From an uncultured Alphaproteobacteria bacterium (lineage in GTDB: Bacteria; Pseudomonadota; Alphaproteobacteria; Rhizobiales; Xanthobacteraceae): a stretch of DNA of 64,000 nucleotides. The stretch is taken from contig CAWFMZ010000038.1 of assembly GCA_963817045.1 (NCBI GenBank), positions 45,797 to 109,796 of the forward strand, in the 5' to 3' direction. A model generated the notes under the pieces. The model saw only the letters and a list, made by a program, of their open reading frames with translations, was not told the DNA's origin and searched no databases. How positions within the stretch are numbered: the stretch's first letter is position 1; the number at the start of each line of letters is the position of its first letter. Shown here piece after piece: positions 10,365 through 20,286 of the stretch. The translations under genes and the position numbers were made by a program.

Positions 10365-11393
10365 TCACACCCCTACCAACCGCTCGCTCACCATGTAGCC
10401 GGTGAGCAGCAGCGCGCCGAAGGCGACGATCAGCGCCGCCGCCGCGGTCTCGAAGGCGCGCAGCAGGAGCATGCCGGCGCCTGGCTTGGCCTTCGCCAGC
10501 TTTCCGGCCAGTCCGCGCGCGCCGACCGCGATGGTGGCGATGGTGGCGACCGTGATCGCGGTGCCGAGCCCCATGACGAAGGTCGAGGCGGCGCCGATCC
10601 AGAACAGCCCCTGCGCCAGCGCGAACACCAGCACGATGATGGCGCCCGAGCACGGCCGCAAACCGACCGCGACGATGGCCGACAAGCCGTGCCGCAGCCA
10701 ATGGCGGCCGGCGAGTTCCTGCGGCTCCGGCGCATGGGCATGGCCCCAGGCGGACGCCTCCTCGTCATCGTCGTGATGATGATGGTCATGGCCATGATCG
10801 TGCGCGTGACCGTGGCCATGTTGATGATCGTGATGGGCGTGGGCGCCCGGACGCAGCAGATGCAAAAGCGCGCGGCCCTTCACCCATAGCAGCCGCAGCC
10901 CGATCAGCACGATCAGGCCGTAGCTCACGATCTCGATGACGCGGACGGCGTTGCCCATAGTCTTGGCGGTAGCGTCGAGCAGCACCGCCGCGATGCCAAC
11001 AATGGCGATCGCGACAAATGCCTGCAGCAGCGCGGAGGCGAACGACAGCACGACGCCGCGCCGCCAGGTCTCGTTATTGGCGACCAGATAGGACGAGATC
11101 ACCGCCTTGCCGTGGCCGGGGCCGGCGGCGTGGAAAATTCCGTACAGAAACGAGATGCCCATTAGCGTATAGGCGGCGCTGCCGTCGGCCTTGGCGGCGC
11201 GGATGGTGCCCGACATCATGCGGTAGAACTCGGCCTGCTTGGCGAAGATCCAGCCGGCGAAACCGCCGACTTCCGGCAGCGGCGCGCCGCGCGTCATGCC
11301 GAACGGCTGCGCCAGCGCGGCGTCGAGCGCGCCGAGCACGAGCAGCAAGCATAAGATGAACAGCGCGCCTTGCGCCAAACGGCCGGACGACAT
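10365..11393 (-). CDS. RcnA-like nickel/cobalt transporter family membrane protein (COG2215-type)
   Basis: 342 aa, multi-TM, with cytoplasmic His/Asp-rich loop HAHHDHQHGHGHAHDHGHDHHHHDDDEE. Paired with a DUF1007 gene upstream. Confidence 0.8.
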   Translation of the reverse strand: MSSGRLAQGALFILCLLLVLGALDAALAQPFGMTRGAPLPEVGGFAGWIFAKQAEFYRMMSGTIRAAKADGSAAYTLMGISFLYGIFHAAGPGHGKAVISSYLVANNETWRRGVVLSFASALLQAFVAIAIVGIAAVLLDATAKTMGNAVRVIEIVSYGLIVLIGLRLLWVKGRALLHLLRPGAHAHHDHQHGHGHAHDHGHDHHHHDDDEEASAWGHAHAPEPQELAGRHWLRHGLSAIVAVGLRPCSGAIIVLVFALAQGLFWIGAASTFVMGLGTAITVATIATIAVGARGLAGKLAKAKPGAGMLLLRAFETAAAALIVAFGALLLTGYMVSERLVGV

Positions 11394-11443
11394 TTTTAGG
11401 CTTCCCCGCGCACGTACGCCGCCCCGCGAACGTTCTAATTACG

Positions 11444-12094
11444 TCAAGGACAGTGTACCAGGATTTTATTGGCGAACTGCGCGCCCCAGGCCATGGTCGT
11501 GTTCTGCTGGTCGGCGGGAATGTTGCTGAGCGCCTTGCCTTCCGCGTAGGTCATTTCGCGCGGCAGCGCGACGTCGAGCTTGCAGGCCGGCGCGCCGACG
11601 AGCTGGACCGGCTTGTCCTTGGCGAATGAAAAATCGACGAAGATGGTCGGATCGTAGATCTCGATCTTCAGCTCCTTCGACTTCACCGGCGTCTTGAACG
11701 GCAGCGTGAAGTTGAGCGTGAGGACGGAATCCTTGTAGTCGAGCCAATAGTCCGACAACGGCTCGGTCATTTCCGTCTTCACTCCGTCGGCGGTCGCATA
11801 GGTGAAATAGTCGTATTCCTTGAGCGACTCGATATTGACCTTGGCGAGCGGGGCCAGCTCCTCGCGGGTAAACTTGTCCTTCTCCTTGCTCTCCAGCCCT
11901 TGCGTGGCGAAGGCGGAGAACATGTCGTCGAAGGCCCAATGGTGGCGCACGCCGGTGACGGTGCCGTCGGGTGCATAGACCAGCTCGGAGTGCATGGTCA
12001 CCCAGACATGCGGATGCGCGCGCACGGGCGCGGCGAAAGCGAGAGTTGTCAGGGCGATCAACAGGATGCGGAGCGAAGCGGTCATGCGGCGCAC
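11444..12094 (-). CDS. DUF1007 family periplasmic protein (partner of RcnA-like permease)
   Basis: 216 aa with a signal peptide followed by the HPHVWV motif typical of DUF1007/COG3683 proteins. Confidence 0.8.
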   Translation of the reverse strand: MRRMTASLRILLIALTTLAFAAPVRAHPHVWVTMHSELVYAPDGTVTGVRHHWAFDDMFSAFATQGLESKEKDKFTREELAPLAKVNIESLKEYDYFTYATADGVKTEMTEPLSDYWLDYKDSVLTLNFTLPFKTPVKSKELKIEIYDPTIFVDFSFAKDKPVQLVGAPACKLDVALPREMTYAEGKALSNIPADQQNTTMAWGAQFANKILVHCP

Positions 12095-12154
12095 ATTATC
12101 ATGGAGTGCGGCATAAAGGTGGCGTGTAACAGTGTTGCAGATTGACTCGGTTAA

Positions 12155-13765
12155 TCAGATGCCCGCCGCGCCGCCATCGGCGCGCGGATCGTGGCCGCCT
12201 TCGAGCGTGCCGTCGGGATGCAAGATGACGGCGCCGGCGTGGCCCATGGTGTCGGAATAGGCGCCGCCGAGTACCTCGACATCATGGCCGGCCGACATCA
12301 GCCGGTCGATCAGATTGCCGTCGAAGCGGGATTCCAGCCGCAGGTTGGTGTGGGTCGAGCCCCAGGTGCGCCCCAGCAGCCAGCGCGGCGCGTCGAGCGC
12401 CTGCTCGAGCGGCTGGCGGAAAAAGACGTGGCGTGTGAACACGGCTGCTTGCGTTTGCGGCTGGCCGTCGCCGCCCATGGTGCCATAGGCGATGACGCGG
12501 CCATCCTTGAGCGCGGCGAGCGCCGGATTGAGCGTGTGGAACGGGCGGCGGCCGGGCGCGAGCGCGTTCAACGCCTTGGGGTCGAGCGAGAAGCTGGCGC
12601 CGCGGTTCTGCATCAACACGCCGGTCGCCGGCAGCACGCAGCCGGAGCCGAATTCCCAGTAGAGCGACTGAATGTAGGACACGACCAGTCCGCTGGCATC
12701 TGCCGCACCCATCCAGACGGTGTCGCCTTCCGTCTCGGACGCCGGCCAGCGCGCGGCTTTCTTGGCGTCGATCTTGGTGGCCTCGGCATCGAGAAATGGC
12801 AGCAACAGAAAATGATTGAGATTGCCGTCGATCTGATCCGGGTCAGTGATGACGCGGTCGCGCACGAGGAAGGCGCGCTTGGTGGATTCGATTAGCCCGT
12901 GGATGTGCTCGAAGCTTTCGGCCTGAGTGACGCGCAAACGATCGAACAGCGCGAGCATCATCAGCGACGCCAAGCCTTGCGTGGGCGCCGGCGTGTTGTA
13001 GAGCGTGCCGGCTCCGATCGGGACGCTGAGCGGCTCGGCGATCCTCGCCTCGAATTTCTCCAGATCGGCGCGCGTCACCGGGCTGCCGATGCGATCGAGA
13101 TCGGCGGCGATCTCGCGGCCGACGTCGCCGCAATAGAAATCCTCCAGCCCGGCTTGTGCAAGTTGCTCAAGGGTTGCGGCGAAGGCGGTTTGCTTGAGCT
13201 TCGCGCCCGCCTCCGGCGCTTTGCCGTCGACCAGGAAGGCTTCCTTGAAGCCGACAGCGTCTTTCATCTCCGGCAGTTTTTTCGCCGTCAGCCGCGCCTG
13301 GCTGCGCGTCACCGTGTAGCCCTCGCGCGCGTGTTTGATGGCGGCTTCAAACAGCACATGCAGCGGCAGCTTGGCGTGCGTGCCTTTGCCGGTTTGCGCC
13401 TTGGCGGCCTCGCTCGCGAGCATCCACCCCGACACCGCGCCCGGCACGGTGAGCGCGGCGAGCGGCCCGCGCGCCGGGATCTCGTGGTGGCCGGCATCGC
13501 GATAAAGCTGCAACGTCGCTTTGGCGCCGGCGCGTCCCGCCCCCATCAGCGCGCGCACGCGGCCCGAAGGCTCGCGGATCAGCCAGAAGCCGTCGCCGCC
13601 CAAATGATTCATGTACGGATAGACCGCCGCGATCGACGCCGCCATCGCCAGCATCGCCTCGATGGCGTTGCCGCCTTCGGCCAGGATGGCGCGGCCGTCC
13701 TCGACGGCGGCGGCATGCGGCGCGCAGACGACGCCGCGGCGATGTCCGGCGCTGTGAAGGTTCAT
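12155..13765 (-). CDS. ggt: gamma-glutamyltransferase family protein
   Basis: 536 aa with a GGT-family processing-site region GDTVWMGAADASGLVVSYIQS. 4-nt overlap with the upstream dcp. Confidence 0.85.
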   Translation of the reverse strand: MNLHSAGHRRGVVCAPHAAAVEDGRAILAEGGNAIEAMLAMAASIAAVYPYMNHLGGDGFWLIREPSGRVRALMGAGRAGAKATLQLYRDAGHHEIPARGPLAALTVPGAVSGWMLASEAAKAQTGKGTHAKLPLHVLFEAAIKHAREGYTVTRSQARLTAKKLPEMKDAVGFKEAFLVDGKAPEAGAKLKQTAFAATLEQLAQAGLEDFYCGDVGREIAADLDRIGSPVTRADLEKFEARIAEPLSVPIGAGTLYNTPAPTQGLASLMMLALFDRLRVTQAESFEHIHGLIESTKRAFLVRDRVITDPDQIDGNLNHFLLLPFLDAEATKIDAKKAARWPASETEGDTVWMGAADASGLVVSYIQSLYWEFGSGCVLPATGVLMQNRGASFSLDPKALNALAPGRRPFHTLNPALAALKDGRVIAYGTMGGDGQPQTQAAVFTRHVFFRQPLEQALDAPRWLLGRTWGSTHTNLRLESRFDGNLIDRLMSAGHDVEVLGGAYSDTMGHAGAVILHPDGTLEGGHDPRADGGAAGI

Positions 13766-15837
13766 GCGGGCGCCGGCGCGGTATCGAGCCCGCGCTTCTT
13801 GAGCAGCGCATCAACCGCCGGCAGGCGGCCGCGGAAGGCTTTGTAGCCTTCCGCCGGCTCACGCAGATTGCCGGCGCTATAAATGTAATCGCGCAATCGC
13901 TGGGCGGTGGTGGGATCGAAGGCGTTGCCGGTCTCCTCGAAGGCCTCGAAGGCGTCGGCGTCGAGCACCTCCGACCACATGTAGGAGTAGTAGGCCGCCG
14001 CATAGCCGCCGCCGGAGAACAGATGCTGGAAATGCGGCAAACGGTGGCGCATGACGATTTCCGCCGGCATGTGGAGCGCATCGAGGCTCTTGCGCTCGAA
14101 TGCGGTGACGTCGAGCGCGTCGGGCTTGGGCAGCGAATGAAGTTCGAGATCGACCAGCGCGCAGGCGGTGTATTCCACGGTGGCGAAGCCCTGGTTGAAG
14201 GTGCGCGTCGCCAGCAGGCGGTCGCGCAGCGGTTTCGGCATCGGTTCGCCGCTGCGCGCGTGACGCGCATATTTCTGCAGGATCTCCGGCACCTCCAGCC
14301 AGTGCTCGTAAAGCTGCGACGGCAGCTCGACGAAATCGCTGGAAACGGCGGTGCCGGCGAGCAGCGGATAGGTCACGTTCGACAGCAGACCGTGCAGCGC
14401 GTGGCCGAATTCGTGGAACAACGTGCGCGCGTCGTCGAACGACAACAGCGCCGGCTCACCCGCCGCCGGCTTGGAGAAATTGCAGACGTTAAGGATGATC
14501 GGACGGACGTCGCCGGCGAGCTTCTCCTGGTCGCGCAGCGACGTCATCCAGGCGCCACTGTGCTTGGAACCGCGCGCGAAATAATCGCCGATGAACAGGC
14601 CGACATGACGGCCAGCCTCGTCCTTCACCTCGAAGGCGCGGGCATCGGCGTGATAGAGCGGGACATCGACGGCGGTGAAGGTGAGGCCGAACAGCCGGTG
14701 CGCCGTTTCGAATGCGGCGTCGATCATTTTGTCGAGCTGGAAGTACGGCTTGATCTCGGCCTCATCCAGATCGAAGCGCGCTTTGCGCAGCTTCTCGGTG
14801 TAGTAGCGCCAGTCGTGCGGCGCCAGCGCGAAGTTGCCGCCTTCCTGCGCGATCATCTCCTGCAGCGCGTCGCGTTCGACCGCGGCCTTGGCGCGCGCGC
14901 GGCCCCAGACCTCGTCGAGCAGGCCGCGCGCGGCTTGCGGGGTCTTGGCCATCTGGTCGTCGAGCCGGTAGTCGGCATAGGTCGCAAAGTCCAGCAGCTT
15001 CGCCCGCTCGGCGCGCAGTGAGACCATCTCGGCGATGATAGCGCGGTTATCGGTTGAGCCGCCGTTCTCGCCGCGCTTGATCCAGGCCTGGAAGATTTTT
15101 TCGCGCAAGTCGCGGCGCGACGAGAATTGCAGAAAGCTCTCGCATAAGGAACGCGCCAGCGTGATGGCGAATTTGCTCGGGTGCCCGCGTTCTTCCGCCG
15201 CCGCGCGGGCGGCGGCGCGGGCAAAGTCCGGCAGGCCCGCGAGATCGCCCTCTTCCAGCACGAGCGCGTAAGCCTTCTCGTCCGCCAGCACGTTCTGCCC
15301 GAACTGGGTGCCGAGGCTCGCCAGCCGCTCGTTGATGACGGCGAGGCGGTCCTGCGCCGACTTGTCGAGCGCAGCCCCGGCCCGCACGAACCTTGTGTGG
15401 TAGCGGTCGAGCACGCGCGCCTGCTCGGCATTGAGGCCGAGGGCCTCACGCCGGCGGTAGAGCTCGGCGATGCGGGCGTAGAGAGCGCGGTCGAGATAGA
15501 GCGCATTGCTGTGGCGGGCGAGCAGCGGCGACACGTCACGCTCGATCGCCTCGATGGCGTCGCCGGTATCGGCGCCGGCCAGCACGAAAAACACGTTGCT
15601 GACGCGGTCGAGATCGCGCCCGCTCCGCTCAAGCGCCACGATGGTGTTGTCGAAGCTCGGCGCCGCCGGATTGGCGGCAATAGCGTCGATCTCGGCACGG
15701 TGCGCGGCGAGCGCGCGGTCGAAGGCCGGGCGGAAATGCTCCGGTTTGATCGCGGGCAGCGGCGGCAGGCCGAACGGGCCGGTCCAGTCGCTCAGCAGCG
15801 GATTTTGCGTGTCGGGGGACGACTGCAGCTGGGTCAT
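13762..15837 (-). CDS. dcp: M3 family metallopeptidase, peptidyl-dipeptidase Dcp-like
   Basis: 691 aa with zinc motif HEFGHALH. Length and architecture are typical of Dcp. Confidence 0.9.
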   Translation of the reverse strand: MTQLQSSPDTQNPLLSDWTGPFGLPPLPAIKPEHFRPAFDRALAAHRAEIDAIAANPAAPSFDNTIVALERSGRDLDRVSNVFFVLAGADTGDAIEAIERDVSPLLARHSNALYLDRALYARIAELYRRREALGLNAEQARVLDRYHTRFVRAGAALDKSAQDRLAVINERLASLGTQFGQNVLADEKAYALVLEEGDLAGLPDFARAAARAAAEERGHPSKFAITLARSLCESFLQFSSRRDLREKIFQAWIKRGENGGSTDNRAIIAEMVSLRAERAKLLDFATYADYRLDDQMAKTPQAARGLLDEVWGRARAKAAVERDALQEMIAQEGGNFALAPHDWRYYTEKLRKARFDLDEAEIKPYFQLDKMIDAAFETAHRLFGLTFTAVDVPLYHADARAFEVKDEAGRHVGLFIGDYFARGSKHSGAWMTSLRDQEKLAGDVRPIILNVCNFSKPAAGEPALLSFDDARTLFHEFGHALHGLLSNVTYPLLAGTAVSSDFVELPSQLYEHWLEVPEILQKYARHARSGEPMPKPLRDRLLATRTFNQGFATVEYTACALVDLELHSLPKPDALDVTAFERKSLDALHMPAEIVMRHRLPHFQHLFSGGGYAAAYYSYMWSEVLDADAFEAFEETGNAFDPTTAQRLRDYIYSAGNLREPAEGYKAFRGRLPAVDALLKKRGLDTAPAPA

Positions 15838-15939
15838 GCGGCCTATCTAGAGCGTGGACACCCAAACGCCAAGCGATAGCCGGCTAAAGCGAAGCTTGAT
15901 TGGGGTCAATGAATGGACTGCCCGAAGGCTTCGTCGCAG

Positions 15940-17529
15940 CTAATCCAAGCCGGCGCGGCGGAACGCTTCCAAATAGTGCTCGCGGTCGGCGTCGCGCTGG
16001 AATGGCATTTCGCTTGCGACCCAGGCCAGCGAAATACTGGGCTGCGCACGGCGTAGCTCCTGCAACGCGGCCGTGGCGACATCGCCGTCGCCGGCCATGC
16101 CCGCGGCGGCGGTCAGCACCCGGTGGGCGCCGACGAAATCGCCGCGCAGACGGATGGCCTCGCGCGCCAACCGCATCGCCTCGTCGTAGTTGCGTCCGAG
16201 GAACTGGGCGTAGGCGGCGACGCCGTAATAGATCGCCGAGAACGGATCGCGCGGGCTCAGCCGCAACGCACGGCGGGCGGCCAAGTCGCCGTCCTCCCAG
16301 CGCCCGCAATAGCACAGCGCCACGCCGTAATAACCCTGGGTTAGCGAGAAGTTCGGATTAAGCCGCAGCGCCAGTTCGAACTCGGCCAGCGAGTCGTCGA
16401 AGCGCCGCGCGAACAAATAAACACCGGCCAACGCGTGGTGCGCCCAGGGGTCCTCGCTGTCGGCCTGGATCGCCGCCAGCGCCGCACGCTCGGCGATCGG
16501 CGCCACTGTCGCCGCGTCCGCCCAACCCATGTGGGCGCTGAAGGTATGGCTGGTGGCCAGCACGCCGAGCGCCTGGCCGTAGTTCGGATCGATGCTGATC
16601 GCTTTTTCCAGCAGCGCCTGCGCGACGACATTGTCCTGCCGCGTCACTCGCCAGTAATGCGACAGCGCGCGCATCACCAGATCCCAGGCGTCCAAGCTAT
16701 CCGGCGGCTTGCGCTGAGCGTGAAAATTTTCCGCGGCATAGAGCTGCGGCTCGATGGCGGCGACGATGGCTTCGGTGATCTCGTCCTGCACGGCGAACAC
16801 GTCGGCGAGGTCGCGGTCGTAACGCTCCGCCCAGAGGTGGCTGCCGGTGGCGACATCGTTGAGCTGCACGGTGATGCGCACGCGGTCGCCGCCTTTGCGC
16901 ACGCTGCCTTCGACCACATAGCCGACGCCGAGCTCCTCGGCGACCTGCTTCATATGGACGGCCTTGCCCTTGTAGATGAACGAAGAGTTGCGGGCGATCA
17001 CGAAGAACCAGCGCAGCTTGGACAGCGCGGTGATGATGTCCTCGCTGATGCCGTCGGAAAAATACTCCTGCTCCGGATCGCCGCTCATGTTGATGAAGGG
17101 AAGCACGGCGATGGCGGGACGGTCGGGCAGCGGCAAGGCCGGCCGTGGCGGCTCGTGGATTTCATCCGGCGGTGGCGCGCTGGCAGGCGCCGGTTCGGCG
17201 CCGTTTGTTTGCGTGCGCACATCAGCCACGAAGCGAATACCTTTGCGCGCGATGGTGCGGATCAGCTTCTGATCTTGGCCGCTGTCGCCGACCGCCTTGC
17301 GCACGGCATTGATGCGGCTGGTCAGCGTCGATTCCGACACGATCCGTCCGCCCCATATTGACGCGATGAGATCGTCCTTGCTGACGACGCGATCGCGGTT
17401 CTGCAGCAGATAGATCAGCAGGTCGAACACCTGCGGCTCCACGGCAACGCGCTCGGAACCGCGGCGCAGCTCGCGCCGGTCTGTATCAAGCATATGATCG
17501 GCAAAGAGAAATTGCACGTTGGGCTCCAA
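15940..17529 (-). CDS. winged-helix (OmpR/CadC-type) DNA-binding protein with C-terminal TPR region
   Basis: 529 aa. The N-terminus (ELRRGSERVAVEPQVFDLLIYLLQNRDRVVSKDDLI...IRTIARKGIRF) is a trans_reg_C-type domain. The C-terminal half is TPR-like. Confidence 0.75.
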   Translation of the reverse strand: MEPNVQFLFADHMLDTDRRELRRGSERVAVEPQVFDLLIYLLQNRDRVVSKDDLIASIWGGRIVSESTLTSRINAVRKAVGDSGQDQKLIRTIARKGIRFVADVRTQTNGAEPAPASAPPPDEIHEPPRPALPLPDRPAIAVLPFINMSGDPEQEYFSDGISEDIITALSKLRWFFVIARNSSFIYKGKAVHMKQVAEELGVGYVVEGSVRKGGDRVRITVQLNDVATGSHLWAERYDRDLADVFAVQDEITEAIVAAIEPQLYAAENFHAQRKPPDSLDAWDLVMRALSHYWRVTRQDNVVAQALLEKAISIDPNYGQALGVLATSHTFSAHMGWADAATVAPIAERAALAAIQADSEDPWAHHALAGVYLFARRFDDSLAEFELALRLNPNFSLTQGYYGVALCYCGRWEDGDLAARRALRLSPRDPFSAIYYGVAAYAQFLGRNYDEAMRLAREAIRLRGDFVGAHRVLTAAAGMAGDGDVATAALQELRRAQPSISLAWVASEMPFQRDADREHYLEAFRRAGLD

Positions 17530-17695
17530 AGCCGGACTACGGCACCGCCCTCAAGGAATAATCAAGCCCATCTCAAGGGCAAATCAAGTTTCCGGCAAAG
17601 CCTTTCGGCCGCGCACTCGGCATCCTCCGCGCATCAGTCGCAGCCCCCGTGATCGCAATCGATGCAGCTGGCGAATGAACACGAAGGAGAGAGCC

Positions 17696-18118
17696 ATGAC
17701 TCACGTCGGAAGCTGCTTTTGCGGCGCGGTTAAACTGGAGGTCACCGGTTCGCCGGAGGCCATGGGCTACTGTCACTGCAGATCCTGCCGTTCGTGGTCG
17801 GCCGCGCCTGTGAACGCCTTCAGCCTCTGGAAGCCGGAGGCCGTACGGATCACGTCGGGTGCCGAACATGTCGCAATGTTCCAGAAGACTAAATTCAGCC
17901 AGCGTCAGTATTGCGCGAAATGCGGCGGGCATCTGATGACCAATCATCCGCCCGTAGGCCTCGTGGATGTGTACGCCGCGACGATCCCGACGCTTAAATT
18001 CACCCCTGGCGTTCATATCAACTACGCCGAGACAGTGCTGCCCATGCGGGACGGCCTGCCCAAGCTGAAAGACTTCCCGGCCGAGTTTGGCGGCTCCGGC
18101 GGGGCGATCGCCGAATGA
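17696..18118 (+). CDS. GFA (CENP-V/glutathione-dependent formaldehyde-activating) family protein
   Basis: ATG at 17696 within ORF 17519..18118. Cys pattern CFCGAV, CHCRSC, CAKCGG. Confidence 0.85.
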   Translation: MTHVGSCFCGAVKLEVTGSPEAMGYCHCRSCRSWSAAPVNAFSLWKPEAVRITSGAEHVAMFQKTKFSQRQYCAKCGGHLMTNHPPVGLVDVYAATIPTLKFTPGVHINYAETVLPMRDGLPKLKDFPAEFGGSGGAIAE

Positions 18119-18158
18119 CGACTGGCGTATCAAACCCAACAAGGCAAGGAATCAACCA

Positions 18159-18989
18159 ATGAACGTTCACGCAGCCACCCCCGCCGCCATTGATCTCGCC
18201 ACGATCAAGAGCCGCCAGCAAGTCGCCTGGGGCTCCGGCGACTACGCCGTGATCGGCACCACGTTGCAGATCGTCGGCGAAACGCTCTGCGAGGCCGTCG
18301 ATCTGCGCAGCAACCAGCGCGTCCTCGATGTCGCCGCCGGAAACGGCAATGCGACGCTCGCCGCAGCCCGCCGCTTCGCCGACGTCGTGTCGACGGACTA
18401 TGTCGGCTCGCTCCTTGAGCGTGGGCGCGAACGTGCCGCAGCCGAGCGTTTGACCGTCGTGTTCCAGGAAGCCGATGCGGAAGCGCTGCCCTTTGCGGAC
18501 GCCAGCTTCGATGTCGTCCTGTCAACCTTCGGCGTCATGTTCACGCCAGATCAGGGGCAAGCGGCGAGCGAACTCCTTCGCGTCTGCCGTCCGGGTGGCA
18601 AAATCGGATTGGCCAACTGGACGCCGGAGAGCTTCATTGGCAAGCTGTTCAAGCTCATCGGCCAATACGTCCCGCCGGCACCCGGCGTGAAGTCGCCGAC
18701 GCTCTGGGGCAACCAGGCGCATCTCGCCAACCTGTTCGGATCCAAGGTGACCATCTCGGCCGAGCGCAAGAACTTTGTCTTCCGCTACAGGTCGCCCGAG
18801 CATTGGGTCGAGATTTTCCGCAACTATTACGGTCCGGTTGTAAAGGCGTTCGCGGCGATCGATCCGCAGGCGCGCGAGGCGCTTGAGTCGGATCTCAATT
18901 ATCTCCTCAACAAACTTAACGTCGCCGCGGACGGCACGCTGGTTATCCCCAGCGAATATCTCGAAGTGGTCATCACCAAGAGGAGCTGA
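18159..18989 (+). CDS. class I SAM-dependent methyltransferase
   Basis: ATG at 18159 within ORF 18087..18989. Motif I VLDVAAGNGNA. Confidence 0.85.
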   Translation: MNVHAATPAAIDLATIKSRQQVAWGSGDYAVIGTTLQIVGETLCEAVDLRSNQRVLDVAAGNGNATLAAARRFADVVSTDYVGSLLERGRERAAAERLTVVFQEADAEALPFADASFDVVLSTFGVMFTPDQGQAASELLRVCRPGGKIGLANWTPESFIGKLFKLIGQYVPPAPGVKSPTLWGNQAHLANLFGSKVTISAERKNFVFRYRSPEHWVEIFRNYYGPVVKAFAAIDPQAREALESDLNYLLNKLNVAADGTLVIPSEYLEVVITKRS

Positions 18990-19077
18990 TCCCGGATCGA
19001 TCGGGCGCGGCGCGCTCGCCGGCATCCTCCGCATATATCGATCACGATCCCCGTAATCACAACGGAGCTGAGAGACC

Positions 19078-19332
19078 ATGAATCCGACCCAATGGATCTG
19101 CCAGGACATCGGCCGCCACCCCGACGATCTCACCGACCTCGATTTCTTTCGCAGACGCGCAACCGAGCTTCGCGCGCGAGGGATGCGGGACACCGTCACA
19201 CTGAAGTCTGCATGTGTGGGCGTTTTAATGATCGTCGTTTTCGCCGTCACCGTTGCTGTCGGGGCGGCATCCGTTCATGCGCTGACCAGGCATGCGGCGG
19301 TGACGCAGACTCACGCGGCGCCGGTCCGGTGA
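19078..19332 (+). CDS. hypothetical small membrane protein
   Basis: 84-aa ORF with one hydrophobic segment (VGVLMIVVFAVTVAVGAA), on the same strand as its neighbours. No recognisable family. Confidence 0.4.
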   Translation: MNPTQWICQDIGRHPDDLTDLDFFRRRATELRARGMRDTVTLKSACVGVLMIVVFAVTVAVGAASVHALTRHAAVTQTHAAPVR

Positions 19333-19394
19333 TCGCAGACCGCATAACATCGCGGAAACCAGCACTAACATCGTTTTCAACGCAGGAGAACCCC

Positions 19395-20198
19395 ATGACG
19401 CAGCTACACGCCGCACATGCACGAGACACCGAGCATCGCCCCGTCCTCGCCAAGAGCGGAGGGGTCGTGGGCCGATTCGTCGCATTTCTTTATGGGCTGG
19501 TGGCCTACGCCGTCTTCTTCGCCACTATCCTCTACGCCATCGGCTTCGTCACCGGACTGGTGGTGCCCAAGACCATCGATACCGGCACGGTCGTGCCACT
19601 GGCTGAAGCGCTGACCGTCAACCTCTTGCTGATGTCGGTGTTTGCCATTCAGCACAGCGTGATGGCGCGCCGGCAGTTCAAGCAATGGTGGACGCAATAC
19701 GTGCCGAAATCGATCGAGCGCAGCACCTACGTGCTGCTCGCGAGCCTCGCCCTGGTCCTGCTGTTCTGGCAATGGCGCCCAATGCCGGCACTCGTGTGGC
19801 AGATCGCCGATCCGCAAACCGCCATGGCGGTAATGGGCCTGTCGTTGGTCGGCTGGCTGATCGTGTTTTCCAGCACTTTCCTGATCAACCATTTCGAACT
19901 GTTCGGATTGCATCAGGTCGCCAACAATCTCGCCGGCAAGCCGATGCCGGCGCCGCGCTTCCGGATGCCGCTGTACTACAAATTCGTGCGGCACCCGATC
20001 TATCTCGGCTTCATCATTGCGTTCTGGGCTGCGCCGACGATGACAGCCGGGCACCTGCTGTTCGCGGCGGTCACCACGGCTTACATCTTCGTCGGCATTC
20101 TGCTGGAGGAGCACGACCTGATCGAGATGTTCGGCGACGAGTATCGGCATTACCGCGAGCGGGTGTCGATGCTGGTGCCCTGGCGCAAGTCGGTCTGA
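19395..20198 (+). CDS. membrane methyltransferase of the ICMT/PEMT superfamily, MddA (methanethiol S-methyltransferase)-like
   Basis: ATG at 19395 within ORF 19092..20198, 267 aa, multi-TM. Motifs INHFELFGL and RHPIYLGFIIAFWAAPTMT. The MddA assignment is from memory of the family and is not verified. Confidence 0.7.
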   Translation: MTQLHAAHARDTEHRPVLAKSGGVVGRFVAFLYGLVAYAVFFATILYAIGFVTGLVVPKTIDTGTVVPLAEALTVNLLLMSVFAIQHSVMARRQFKQWWTQYVPKSIERSTYVLLASLALVLLFWQWRPMPALVWQIADPQTAMAVMGLSLVGWLIVFSSTFLINHFELFGLHQVANNLAGKPMPAPRFRMPLYYKFVRHPIYLGFIIAFWAAPTMTAGHLLFAAVTTAYIFVGILLEEHDLIEMFGDEYRHYRERVSMLVPWRKSV

Positions 20199-20286
20199 GC
20201 AATCATCGCAGCTTTGGATTTTCTGGGCGGTGCCGACACTTTGCCGGTGCCGCTCGCCTTAACCGGGCCTTGCAGGGAGACGATGG

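Noticed and set aside
12095-12154. A cobalamin or metal riboswitch upstream of the DUF1007/RcnA-like operon.
   Set aside because: The gap to the upstream gene is only 60 nt, too short for a B12 riboswitch. No conserved riboswitch core sequence is visible, only a small AACACTGTT palindrome.
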